Source of the DNA: Collinsella sp.
Lineage (GTDB): Bacteria; Actinomycetota; Coriobacteriia; Coriobacteriales; Coriobacteriaceae
Direction of reading: 5' to 3'
Length of the DNA stretch: 64,000 nt
Assembly: GCA_019425045.1 (NCBI GenBank)
Contig: JAHYYI010000007.1
Location: 1,490 to 65,489 of the forward strand
A program made the translations under genes and the position numbers. The notes beneath the pieces were generated by a model. It was not told where the DNA came from, searched no databases, and saw nothing but the letters and a program-made list of their open reading frames with translations. Each line of letters begins with the position of its first letter. The stretch's first letter is position 1. Shown here one piece after another: positions 29,557 to 38,317 of this stretch.

Positions 29557-31560
29557 ATGTCGAAGCAAGCGGTCGTTGGAATCTTGGCGCATGTCGATGC
29601 CGGCAAGACCACACTGGCCGAGGCCATGCTGTTCTGCGCGGGTCGCATTCGCAAGCGCGGCCGCGTGGACGATGGCGACTCGCACCTGGATACCAACGCC
29701 ATCGAGCGCGAGCGCGGCATCACGATTTTCTCGTCGCAGGCCGTGTTCGACCACGGTGATACCCGCGTCATGCTCGTGGACGCTCCCGGACACGTGGATT
29801 TTTCGGCCGAGGCAGAGCGCACGTTGCGTGCGCTCGACTACGCGATTTTGGTGGTAGGTGCCAACGACGGCGTGCAGGGGCACACCGAAACCCTGTGGCG
29901 CCTGCTTGCGCGCTATGACATTCCGACGTTCATCTATATCAACAAAATCGATTTGGAGAATCCCGGCCGCGATGTTTTGCTGGCACAACTTGGGCAGCGT
30001 CTTTCCGAGGGCTGCCTCGATGCGAACGAACTGCTGGCGGGCGGCGCCGCTTGGGAGGACGCTGCCGCGTTGGACGAGGCAGCCCTCGAGGAGTTTCTTG
30101 AGACGGGTGAGCTTTCCGTCGCAACGCTTTCGCGCATGGTTGCCGAGCGCAGGCTCTTTCCCTGCTTTGCCGGCTCGGCGCTCAAGGATCAGGGCGTGGG
30201 CGAGCTGCTGGATGGTATGTGCACGCTGATGCGTGAGCAGGCGTGGCCGCCGGAGTTCGCCGCGCGTGTCTATCGTGTCAGCCGCGGTGTTCGTGGCGAG
30301 CGCTTGGCTTGGGTTAAAGTGACCGGCGGCACACTGCATGCCAAACAGATGATTGACGGGCGTTCCGGCGCCGAGGCATGGGAGCAAAAGGTCGATCAGG
30401 TGCGCATCTATAACGGAGAGAAGTACGAGCTTGCCCAGGAAGTTGCCGCTGGCGGTATTTGTGCCGTGACGGGTCTTGCGCACGTTCGCCCGGGGGATGC
30501 CTTGGGTGCGGAGCCCGGGTGCGATGCGCCCGTCATTGCGCCGGTCCTCACCTATACGGTGCTCCCGGGCGAACATGATGTCCATGCGGTGTTTAAAGCG
30601 CTGGCTGAGCTGACGGACGAAGACCCCATGCTCGGCGTAAGCTGGAATACGCATCTTGAGCAGATTCACTTGCAGTTGATGGGCGCCGTGCAACTCGAGG
30701 TCGTGCAGCGGGTGTTGGCCGATCGCTTTGACCTTTCGATTGAGTTTGAGCCCGGCGGCATTCTCTATAAGGAGACTATTTCGCGGCCGGTCGAGGGCGT
30801 GGGCCACTTTGAGCCGCTGCGCCACTATGCCGAGGTGCATCTGCGCCTGGAGCCGTTGCCGGCGGGTTCGGGTGTGCAGTTTGGCACCGTGACCTCGGCC
30901 GACGAGCTCGATCTTAACTGGCAGCGTTTGGCACTCACCAACGCTATGGAGCGCGACCACCTGGGCGTGCTGACGGGCTCGCCCATCACCGATGTGCGCA
31001 TTACGCTCGCGGGCGGCCGCGCGCATGCCAAACACACCGAGGGCGGCGATTTTCGCCAGGCCACGTACCGCGCGATTCGCCAGGGTTTGATGCAGGCGCG
31101 CGAGGCCGGCGCGGCGGTGTTGTTGGAGCCGTGGTATCGCTTTGAGCTCGAGGTGCCGGGGGAGTGCGTGGGCCGGGCGCTCTCGGATGCCACGCGCATG
31201 AGTGCCGAGTACGAGCCGCCGACGATGGCGGGAGACCGGGCGAAGCTTGTGGGTCGCGTTCCGGCATCCGAGGTGCAAGATTATGCGCTGGAGGTGGCTG
31301 CCTACACGAGCGGTCGCGGGCATCTGTACCTGGAGTTCGCCGGTTATGCGGCTTGCCATGATGGCGAGCGCGTAATCGAGGCTGCCGCCTACGAGCCCGA
31401 GGCCGATCTGCCCAACACGCCCGACTCGGTCTTTTGCGCCCACGGCGCCGGCTACACGGTCAAATGGTACGACGCACCCGCTGCGGCGCACGTAAAGGTC
31501 GATCCCGCCACCTTCCGCCCCTGGCGAGCAGCAGACGCCGAGTTTTTCGGCCACATGTGA
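29557..31560 (+). CDS. TetM/EF-G-like translational GTPase
   Basis: AHVDAGKTT, ERERGITI, DAPGHVDF, NKID, KHTEGGDFRQAT, LLEPWY. Confidence 0.9.
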   Translation: MSKQAVVGILAHVDAGKTTLAEAMLFCAGRIRKRGRVDDGDSHLDTNAIERERGITIFSSQAVFDHGDTRVMLVDAPGHVDFSAEAERTLRALDYAILVVGANDGVQGHTETLWRLLARYDIPTFIYINKIDLENPGRDVLLAQLGQRLSEGCLDANELLAGGAAWEDAAALDEAALEEFLETGELSVATLSRMVAERRLFPCFAGSALKDQGVGELLDGMCTLMREQAWPPEFAARVYRVSRGVRGERLAWVKVTGGTLHAKQMIDGRSGAEAWEQKVDQVRIYNGEKYELAQEVAAGGICAVTGLAHVRPGDALGAEPGCDAPVIAPVLTYTVLPGEHDVHAVFKALAELTDEDPMLGVSWNTHLEQIHLQLMGAVQLEVVQRVLADRFDLSIEFEPGGILYKETISRPVEGVGHFEPLRHYAEVHLRLEPLPAGSGVQFGTVTSADELDLNWQRLALTNAMERDHLGVLTGSPITDVRITLAGGRAHAKHTEGGDFRQATYRAIRQGLMQAREAGAAVLLEPWYRFELEVPGECVGRALSDATRMSAEYEPPTMAGDRAKLVGRVPASEVQDYALEVAAYTSGRGHLYLEFAGYAACHDGERVIEAAAYEPEADLPNTPDSVFCAHGAGYTVKWYDAPAAAHVKVDPATFRPWRAADAEFFGHM

Positions 31561-31586
31561 CAAAGGGGCAGTTCCTTTGTCACATG
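31554..31586. repeat. REP-like palindrome, family A copy 3 (contains the GTPase stop codon)
   Basis: CATGTGACAAAGGG-GCAGT-TCCTTTGTCACATG. Confidence 0.9.
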
Positions 31587-31590
31587 CTAT

Positions 31591-31620
31591 TGGTATAACT
31601 CGGTATAAGTTGGTATAACT
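31591..31620. promoter_or_regulatory. Three tandem 10-bp direct repeats upstream of the AAA ATPase gene
   Basis: TGGTATAACT / CGGTATAAGT / TGGTATAACT. Confidence 0.7.
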
Positions 31621-31653
31621 GTTACCAGGGTTTGCCAATCCGAGGAGGCCGAT

Positions 31654-32772
31654 ATGAATCCAAATCCCTTTAAGCCCACAGCTGGTAAGCGGCCTCCGAT
31701 ACTCATCGGTCGCGAGTCGGTCATCGAAGATTTTGAGGAAGGGCTCGACAACGGCGCCGGAGCGCCGGGCAGGCTCATGCTCATTACGGGAAACCGCGGC
31801 TATGGCAAAACGGTTCTCCTGCGGGAGCTGCAACGTCTAGCCAGCGAGCGCGGATGGGCGGTTGTCTCCGATTCCGCTTCGCTTGGTTTGTGCGACCGCT
31901 TGGCCGACGCGCTTCGCTCGAATAAACCCGTTGTGACGTCAATGGAGTTTGGGCCGTCGTTTGGCCGGATGTCGGTCGAGGCGGCGCGGGCAAAAGGCGA
32001 GACATTGCGAGGGCTGGTCAACGAGCGTCTCAAGAAGCTCGGTCCGGGCAAGGGCGTCTTGTTTGCGATTGACGAGGCACAATCGGTGTCTATCGAGGAA
32101 CTGGCGGCTCTTGCCGTCCTCTATCAGCAGGTGCTCGGAGACCAGGATGCCACGGGCTTGCCCGATAGCGACCAGCGCGGTCTTGCGCTGGCGTTCGCCG
32201 GCTTGCCCAGTATGGTTGACGATCTGCTCGAAGAGCCGAGCGTGACGTTTTTGCGGCGTGCCCAGCAGCGTACGTTGGGGGCAATATCTTTGCCCAAAGT
32301 GCGCGATTCGTATATCCAGACGGTCAAAGACGCTGGTCTTTACGTTGACGCGGAGACGGCGGACCTTGCGGCGCGCAAGAGCATGGGGCATCCCTATATG
32401 GTTCAGCTGGTGGGCTATTACATGTGGCGGTCTGCTGTCCGGCGTGGCTCGCAGGTCATCGAAAGGCGCGATGTCGAGAATGGCCATGCGGATGCCGTCT
32501 CCGAGTTCTACGAAGCGGTTGACGCACCTCTGTATTACGGTCTGCGCAGCCCTCAGCGCCTCTTTATCGAGGCTATGGCGGTTGACGAGGACAAGCCGAC
32601 GCGCACGGCGGATATCATTGAGCGCTGCGACCGTACCCAGAGCTGGGCGAGTAAATATCGCGCAAGCCTGATTCGCGAGCGCGTCATCGAGGCCGCCGGA
32701 TACGGCCTTGTGCGGTTTACCGTGCCCATGCTGGGCGAGTATATCTGCGACCGCGTTTTATGGCATGAGTAG
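31654..32772 (+). CDS. AAA+ (STAND/archaeal-type) ATPase with probable C-terminal winged helix
   Basis: NPFKP..G..P, GRE, GNRGYGKT, IDEAQ, AGLP, GHPYMVQ, F..P tail. Confidence 0.85.
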   Translation: MNPNPFKPTAGKRPPILIGRESVIEDFEEGLDNGAGAPGRLMLITGNRGYGKTVLLRELQRLASERGWAVVSDSASLGLCDRLADALRSNKPVVTSMEFGPSFGRMSVEAARAKGETLRGLVNERLKKLGPGKGVLFAIDEAQSVSIEELAALAVLYQQVLGDQDATGLPDSDQRGLALAFAGLPSMVDDLLEEPSVTFLRRAQQRTLGAISLPKVRDSYIQTVKDAGLYVDAETADLAARKSMGHPYMVQLVGYYMWRSAVRRGSQVIERRDVENGHADAVSEFYEAVDAPLYYGLRSPQRLFIEAMAVDEDKPTRTADIIERCDRTQSWASKYRASLIRERVIEAAGYGLVRFTVPMLGEYICDRVLWHE

Positions 32773-32797
32773 GGTGATAAAGGTGACGGAACAGAAG

Positions 32798-35278
32798 ATG
32801 AGCCCGCAGGCTATCGAGGTGCGCGGTGCACGTGTCCACAATCTCAAGGACATCGATATCGATATTCCGCTGGGGAGGCTCGTGGGCATTGCCGGCGTGT
32901 CGGGCTCGGGCAAGAGCTCGCTGGCGCTGGGAGTTCTTTATGCCGAGGGCTCGCGCCGTTACCTGGAGGCGCTCAGCACCTATACTCGACGTCGCCTGAC
33001 GCAGGCCGAGCACGCCCAGGTGGACGAGGTATTGCACGTACCGGCGGCACTCGCGTTGCATCAGCGTCCCAGTGTGCCAGGCGTGCGCTCGACCTTTGGT
33101 ACCATGACCGAGCTCAACAACAGTCTGCGTTTGCTCTTTAGCCGCTGTGCCCATCACGTGTGCCCACATTGCGGGGCGCGTGTGGAGCCGAGCCTTAACG
33201 TGGCTGCGGGCCTGTCGCTCACGTGCCCCGCATGCGGCCGCGAGTTCTACGCGCCGAGTGCCGAGGACCTTGCCTTTAACAGCGGCGGTGCGTGCCCTAC
33301 CTGCGGCGGCACCGGTGTCATGCGCGAGGTGGACGAAGCGAGCCTGGTGCCCGACGAGTCAAAGACCATCAACGAAGGCGCGGTGCTTCCCTGGGGTACG
33401 CTCATGTGGGATCTGATGAAGCAGGTAGCCGGCGAGATGGGCGTGCGCACCGACGTGCCGTTTAACCAGCTCACGCCCGCCGAGCGCGACATTGTGTTCC
33501 ACGGTCCGGCGGTTAAGAAGCACATTCTCTACGTTCCCAAAAAAGGCGAGGGCGCCACGCCGCTCGACTTCACCTATTACAATGCCGTCTATACGGTCGA
33601 GAATGCGCTCGCCAAGGTTAAGGACGATAAGGGACTTAAGCGCGTGGCTCGCTTTTTGCGCGAGGGCCCGTGCCGTGACTGCGGCGGCACGCGTCTCTCC
33701 GAGGCTGCGCGCCAGCCCCAGGTGCGTGGTATCAATCTGGCGCAGGCCGCGGCCATGACGCTGGGTGAGGCGATTGAGTGGGCGCGCGGGGTGCCCGCAT
33801 CCTTGCCGGCCGAGATGCAGCCCATGGCGACGGATATCTGCGATTCGTTTTTGAGCGCGGCTCGTCGCCTGGTCGACCTGGGGCTCGATTACCTCTCGCT
33901 CGACCGCGCCGGTGCTACGCTCTCCACGGGTGAGCGCCAGCGCGTGCAGCTTGCCCGCGTGGTGCGCAACCGCTCGACGGGCGTGCTGTATGTGCTCGAC
34001 GAGCCCTCGATCGGCTTGCATCCTGCCAATGTTGACGGCTTGGTAGGCGTAATGCGCGATCTGGTGGATGACGGCAACACCGTGGTCGTTGTCGACCACG
34101 ACACGCGCGTATTGGCGGAAGCCGATTATCTGGTCGAGATGGGCCCCGTTGCCGGAGCGGGCGGCGGTAATGTGATCGCCGCCGGTACGGTGGATGAGGT
34201 CGAGCAATCGCAGGACAGCCGCATCGCCCCGTTTTTGCGCTCGGAGCCCAAGCGCTTGCGGCCGCAGGTGGCTGACGACGAAATGTTCGACCAGGGCCAT
34301 ATCCGCATGGCGACCGATGCCATCCATACCGTCAAACCGCTCGAAGTCGATATACCGCGCGGTCGTCTCGTCGCGGTGACGGGCGTTTCGGGTTCGGGTA
34401 AGACGACGTTGGTGCTCGAGACGCTCATCCCGGCGCTCAAGGCTCAGGCAACTGGCGAGCGCCTGCCAAGCCATGTGCGCTGGATCGATGCCGAGGGCAT
34501 CGCACGCGCCAACCTGATTGACGCTACGCCCATCGGCGCCAACGTGCGCTCGACGGTGGCGACTTATGCCGACATCCATGACGAGCTGCGTCGCGCCTTC
34601 GCCCGTACGCCCGAGGCCAAGGCAGCTGGCTACAAGGCGGGCGCATTTAGCTACAACACCGGCGCCTTGCGCTGCCCTACGTGCGATGGCACGGGTTCGA
34701 TATCGCTCGACGTGCAATTTTTGCCCGATGTCGAGATCGTCTGCCCGTCATGTCGCGGCTCACGCTATGCAGACGCGGCCTCGCATATCCATCGCGAGGG
34801 CAAGGACGGGAGCCTGCTTACGTTGCCGCAGCTCATGGACATAAGTGTGGACGAGGCCCTCGACGCTACGGTGGGGCTCAAGAAAGTTCAGGCGCGCTTA
34901 CAGACCCTGCACGACCTGGGCTTGGGTTATCTCACGCTCGGCGAGCCCACGCCGGCGCTTTCGGGCGGCGAGGCGCAGCGCCTTAAGCTCGCGAGCGAGA
35001 TGGGCCGCGTGCAGGATGATGCCGTATTCGTGTTCGACGAACCCACAATTGGCCTGCACCCGCTCGATGTTCAGGTGCTGCTGAGTGTGTTCGACGGCCT
35101 CGTTGCCAAGGGCGCCACAGTCGTCGTAATCGAGCACGACCTCGACCTTATCCGTAACGCCGATTACGCAATCGACATGGGCCCAGGTGGTGGCGACGCA
35201 GGCGGGCAAATCGTCTGCGTCGGCACGCCGGGCGACATCGTGGCATGCCCCGCAAGCATCACCGGCCGCTACCTATAA
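32798..35278 (+). CDS. UvrA class II / DrrC-like ABC ATPase
   Basis: GARVHNLK, two GVSGSGK motifs, LSTGERQR, LSGGEAQR, zinc fingers; alternative start at 32765. Confidence 0.9.
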   Translation: MSPQAIEVRGARVHNLKDIDIDIPLGRLVGIAGVSGSGKSSLALGVLYAEGSRRYLEALSTYTRRRLTQAEHAQVDEVLHVPAALALHQRPSVPGVRSTFGTMTELNNSLRLLFSRCAHHVCPHCGARVEPSLNVAAGLSLTCPACGREFYAPSAEDLAFNSGGACPTCGGTGVMREVDEASLVPDESKTINEGAVLPWGTLMWDLMKQVAGEMGVRTDVPFNQLTPAERDIVFHGPAVKKHILYVPKKGEGATPLDFTYYNAVYTVENALAKVKDDKGLKRVARFLREGPCRDCGGTRLSEAARQPQVRGINLAQAAAMTLGEAIEWARGVPASLPAEMQPMATDICDSFLSAARRLVDLGLDYLSLDRAGATLSTGERQRVQLARVVRNRSTGVLYVLDEPSIGLHPANVDGLVGVMRDLVDDGNTVVVVDHDTRVLAEADYLVEMGPVAGAGGGNVIAAGTVDEVEQSQDSRIAPFLRSEPKRLRPQVADDEMFDQGHIRMATDAIHTVKPLEVDIPRGRLVAVTGVSGSGKTTLVLETLIPALKAQATGERLPSHVRWIDAEGIARANLIDATPIGANVRSTVATYADIHDELRRAFARTPEAKAAGYKAGAFSYNTGALRCPTCDGTGSISLDVQFLPDVEIVCPSCRGSRYADAASHIHREGKDGSLLTLPQLMDISVDEALDATVGLKKVQARLQTLHDLGLGYLTLGEPTPALSGGEAQRLKLASEMGRVQDDAVFVFDEPTIGLHPLDVQVLLSVFDGLVAKGATVVVIEHDLDLIRNADYAIDMGPGGGDAGGQIVCVGTPGDIVACPASITGRYL

Positions 35279-35280
35279 CC

Positions 35281-35315
35281 GAATGTGACAAAGGGACCGT
35301 CCCTTTGTCACATTC
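35281..35315. repeat. REP-like palindrome, family A copy 4 (contains the trmL stop codon)
   Basis: GAATGTGACAAAGGGAC-C-GTCCCTTTGTCACATTC. Confidence 0.92.
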
Positions 35316-35907
35316 CCGGAAAGCCTGTTTGGCGCAGGGCCTCGTAGAGGACGATGGCGGCGCTGTTGGAGAGGTTGAGTGCGCTGATGCGGTAGTCGTC
35401 CGGATTGACGAAGTTGCCGCAGATATCCTGCTGCAGGATGGCTTCGTGGCTGTCCTCGGTATGCCCCAGCGATTCCTCGTGGGCTTCCCAAGCCTCGGCG
35501 TTATCGAGTGAGTCGCAATCGCGCAGCATGGGGATGCGCTCGCAGCGTTCGGGCGCCGCGGCAAGCAGTGGCTCGGGAATGCCCGAGCTCTCGCTGCCAA
35601 AGACCAAGTAGTCGCCATCGCGGTAGGTGCTTTGCGCATAGGTGCGGCGTGCCTTTTTGGTCAGCAGATGCAGGCGCTCGTCGGCGGGGGAGAGGCCGTT
35701 GCGCGCAAGAAAATCCTCCCAGCTGGCATAGGTCGTCACGTCCAAGTTTTGCCAGTAGCCCAGGCCGGCGCGACGCACCGTCTTGTCGTCGAGTGAAAAG
35801 CCCAGTGGCTCCACCAGATGCAGGCGGGCGCCGGTAACCACGCAGGTGCGGCCGATATTGCCCGTATTGGCCGGAATCTCGGGCGCATACAGCACAATGT
35901 TGAACAT
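35308..35907 (-). CDS. trmL: tRNA (cytidine/uridine-34-2'-O)-methyltransferase
   Basis: PEIPANTGNIGRTC, RRAGL.YW, FGSESSG, LNLSNS. Confidence 0.9.
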   Translation of the reverse strand: MFNIVLYAPEIPANTGNIGRTCVVTGARLHLVEPLGFSLDDKTVRRAGLGYWQNLDVTTYASWEDFLARNGLSPADERLHLLTKKARRTYAQSTYRDGDYLVFGSESSGIPEPLLAAAPERCERIPMLRDCDSLDNAEAWEAHEESLGHTEDSHEAILQQDICGNFVNPDDYRISALNLSNSAAIVLYEALRQTGFPGM

Positions 35908-35930
35908 GAATCTCCTTGGCTCAGAACGAA

Positions 35931-35969
35931 AAACCACCACGAAGGGGACAGGCACCTTCGTGGTGGTTT
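35931..35969. repeat. Palindrome with GGGACAG core (family D; may also terminate cobW)
   Basis: AAACCACCACGAAGG-GGACAGGCA-CCTTCGTGGTGGTTT. Confidence 0.8.
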
Positions 35970-36008
35970 GGCGATTACGTAGGCGGAAAAATGCCCGCTT
36001 GGATAAAC

Positions 36009-37139
36009 CTAGGCGCGGTGCCAGTCGGTCAGGCAGGCATCGAGGGAGGCGATGAGCGCATCCTTGTCCATGTGACGGCCGATGATGCACAGGCTCGTCA
36101 TGCGGTCGCCCGTCTCGTCGTCCCAAATCTGCATGATCTCGGGGTTTTCGTCGATGATCTTCTGCTTTTCGCCCTCGGGTGCGGAATCGACAAACAGGCC
36201 GTTCTCCATCAGGCGCATCTGGTGGCCGGCCTGCTCAAACATGTAGCACATGTCCGGATTGCTGGCCTGCCACAGCGGACCCTTGACGCGGATGACCTCG
36301 TCGGGCCACTCCTGCTCAACAAAATCGGTGAACTTCTGCAGGTCAAACGGCTTGCGGCGCGAGTACACAAAGGTCTCGATGTCGTACTCGAGCACCTCGG
36401 GGTCGTCGTGCTCCTCGGGATGCTCCATAGCCTCGATCCAGGCGGCGGAGTTGTAGGCGCGCATAAAGTCGAAGCGGTCGGTATCGAGCAGTTCCTCCAT
36501 GGGGACCTCGCCGTTTTGGGCCTCGACGATCACGGCGTCCTTCTGCAGGCTGCGCACGATGGCCTTGAGCTCGGCGATCTGCTCAGGGCTCACGGTGTCG
36601 GTCTTGTTGAGGATCAGCGTGGAGCAGAACTCGATCTGCTGGATGAGCAGGCTCTCGATGTCGTCCTCGTCGATATCCTCGGCCAGCAGGTCGCGACCGC
36701 CGTTGAACTCGTCGTACATGCGGGCGCAGTCGACCACGGCCACGATGTTGTCGAGCGCGAGCTTGGGCTCGCCGCCCACCTTGGCCTCGTCGCAGAAGCT
36801 CGAGATGGTGTAGGCGATGGGGATAGGCTCGCAGATACCCGAGGCCTCGATGATGATGTAGTCGAAGTTGCCCGAATCGGCGATGCCCTGCAGCTGGTTG
36901 GCCAGGTCATCCGAAAGTGTGCAGCAGATGCAGCCGTTGGTGAGCGGGATGAGGTCGTCGGTCTCGGAAAGGCCGCCGTCGGCGATGAGGCTGGCGTCGA
37001 CGTTGATCTCGCCGATATCGTTGACGATCACGGCGGCGCGGATGCCGCCGTCGTTAGCGAGGATGTGGTTGAGCAGCGTGGTCTTGCCGGCACCGAGGTA
37101 TCCGGTAAGCATGATGATCTTCACGGGTTTGTTGGGCAT
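36009..37139 (-). CDS. COG0523/CobW-family metallochaperone GTPase
   Basis: GYLGAGKTT, NGCICC, IEASG, NKTD, RVKG. Confidence 0.92.
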   Translation of the reverse strand: MPNKPVKIIMLTGYLGAGKTTLLNHILANDGGIRAAVIVNDIGEINVDASLIADGGLSETDDLIPLTNGCICCTLSDDLANQLQGIADSGNFDYIIIEASGICEPIPIAYTISSFCDEAKVGGEPKLALDNIVAVVDCARMYDEFNGGRDLLAEDIDEDDIESLLIQQIEFCSTLILNKTDTVSPEQIAELKAIVRSLQKDAVIVEAQNGEVPMEELLDTDRFDFMRAYNSAAWIEAMEHPEEHDDPEVLEYDIETFVYSRRKPFDLQKFTDFVEQEWPDEVIRVKGPLWQASNPDMCYMFEQAGHQMRLMENGLFVDSAPEGEKQKIIDENPEIMQIWDDETGDRMTSLCIIGRHMDKDALIASLDACLTDWHRA

Positions 37140-37225
37140 GTGCCCTCCTTTGTTAGACATGGCTTACAGTTGAATCTTATGCCAAACGCCTGCTCTTATA
37201 CCCATGCGCCGGCAAATAACACAGG

Positions 37226-37567
37226 CTACTCCCAGGCTCCCCATACATCGGGGCAATAACCGACGGTGGCCTTTTTGCCGTTGCGCACGATGGGCTCGGC
37301 TAGAACCTGCTGGTTTTCGAGCAACTTGTCGAAGCGCTGGCTAGGGGTGAGGTGCTGGATGAGCGCGAGCGTCTCCTCGTCCTTGGCTTTGGGGTTGAGC
37401 AGCTTGTCGATGCCGCCGACCGCCTGCATCACGCTCGTGAGCTCGCCCTTGCTCATCTCCTTTTCCTTAAGGTCGATAAACTGCACCTTAATGCGGCGCT
37501 CCTTAAAATAGCGCTGGGCCTTCTTGGTGTCGAAGGACTTCTTGGTGCCAAAAATTTGCACGTTCAT
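37226..37567 (-). CDS. ArsC/Spx-family protein
   Basis: FGTKKSFDTKKAQRYFKER..PIVRNG; no CxxC. Confidence 0.8.
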   Translation of the reverse strand: MNVQIFGTKKSFDTKKAQRYFKERRIKVQFIDLKEKEMSKGELTSVMQAVGGIDKLLNPKAKDEETLALIQHLTPSQRFDKLLENQQVLAEPIVRNGKKATVGYCPDVWGAWE

Positions 37568-37583
37568 ATAATGTTCCGCCGTT

Positions 37584-38207
37584 CTAACGAATGAAGTTGG
37601 TCCTGGCGCGATCGGCTTCGGGGGCTTCGATGCCGGCGACCTGTCCTGCCTCGATGCAACGCAGGAGCCAGGCCATGTTTTTGCCGATATTTCGCATGGT
37701 GGCCAGGCCCTCGGCATCTCCATCGGCCTCGCCCGGCATGGCGCCAAAGACGTTGTTCCAATAGGTGGAGGCGACCACGGGCATCTGGTTGATGGTGAAG
37801 TATTTATTGAGTACATCGAAGGTGGTCGACGTGCCGCCACGGCGGGCAACGGCGACCGCGGCGCCCGGCTTGTGCGCAAAGGCCTTGCTGCCAGCATAGA
37901 AGGCGCGGTCGAGGGCCGAGAGGATGCGGCCACTGGGATGCGCGTAGTAGACGGGTGAGCCAAAGACAAAGCCGTCGGCCTGTTCGGCGGCGGCGATGAG
38001 CTCGTTCACCACGTCGTCATCAAAGGTGCAGCGGCAATCGAGCTTGCCGCACTGGCCACAGCCAATGCAGTCGCGAATGGGCTTGGCGCCCAGCTGGAAC
38101 ACCTCGGTATCGATGCCCTCGGCATGCAATTGCTCGGCGACCTCGGCGAGCGCGCGGGCGGTGTTGCCGTTTGCCTTGGAGCTGCCATTGACCAAAAGAA
38201 CCTTCAT
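37584..38207 (-). CDS. Iron-sulfur flavoprotein / NADPH-dependent FMN reductase family
   Basis: NGS..GNT, CIGCGQC..C, GSPVYY, RRGG. Confidence 0.9.
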   Translation of the reverse strand: MKVLLVNGSSKANGNTARALAEVAEQLHAEGIDTEVFQLGAKPIRDCIGCGQCGKLDCRCTFDDDVVNELIAAAEQADGFVFGSPVYYAHPSGRILSALDRAFYAGSKAFAHKPGAAVAVARRGGTSTTFDVLNKYFTINQMPVVASTYWNNVFGAMPGEADGDAEGLATMRNIGKNMAWLLRCIEAGQVAGIEAPEADRARTNFIR

Positions 38208-38317
38208 CACAAACTCCCTCTGCTGTTGGTGACTTCTGCAGAGGATTATCGCACGATGGGGGAGGCGGTGCGGGCGCGATGCGAAACGGCTTGTGTTTCA
38301 CATCGCGCCCCACGACG

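Noticed and set aside
29557..31560. Assigning tet(W)/tet(M) resistance
   Set aside because: Family-level GTPase motifs only, host-like composition and no mobile context.
32798..35278. Calling this the canonical uvrA
   Set aside because: Shorter, class II-like sequence and no uvrB/uvrC nearby.
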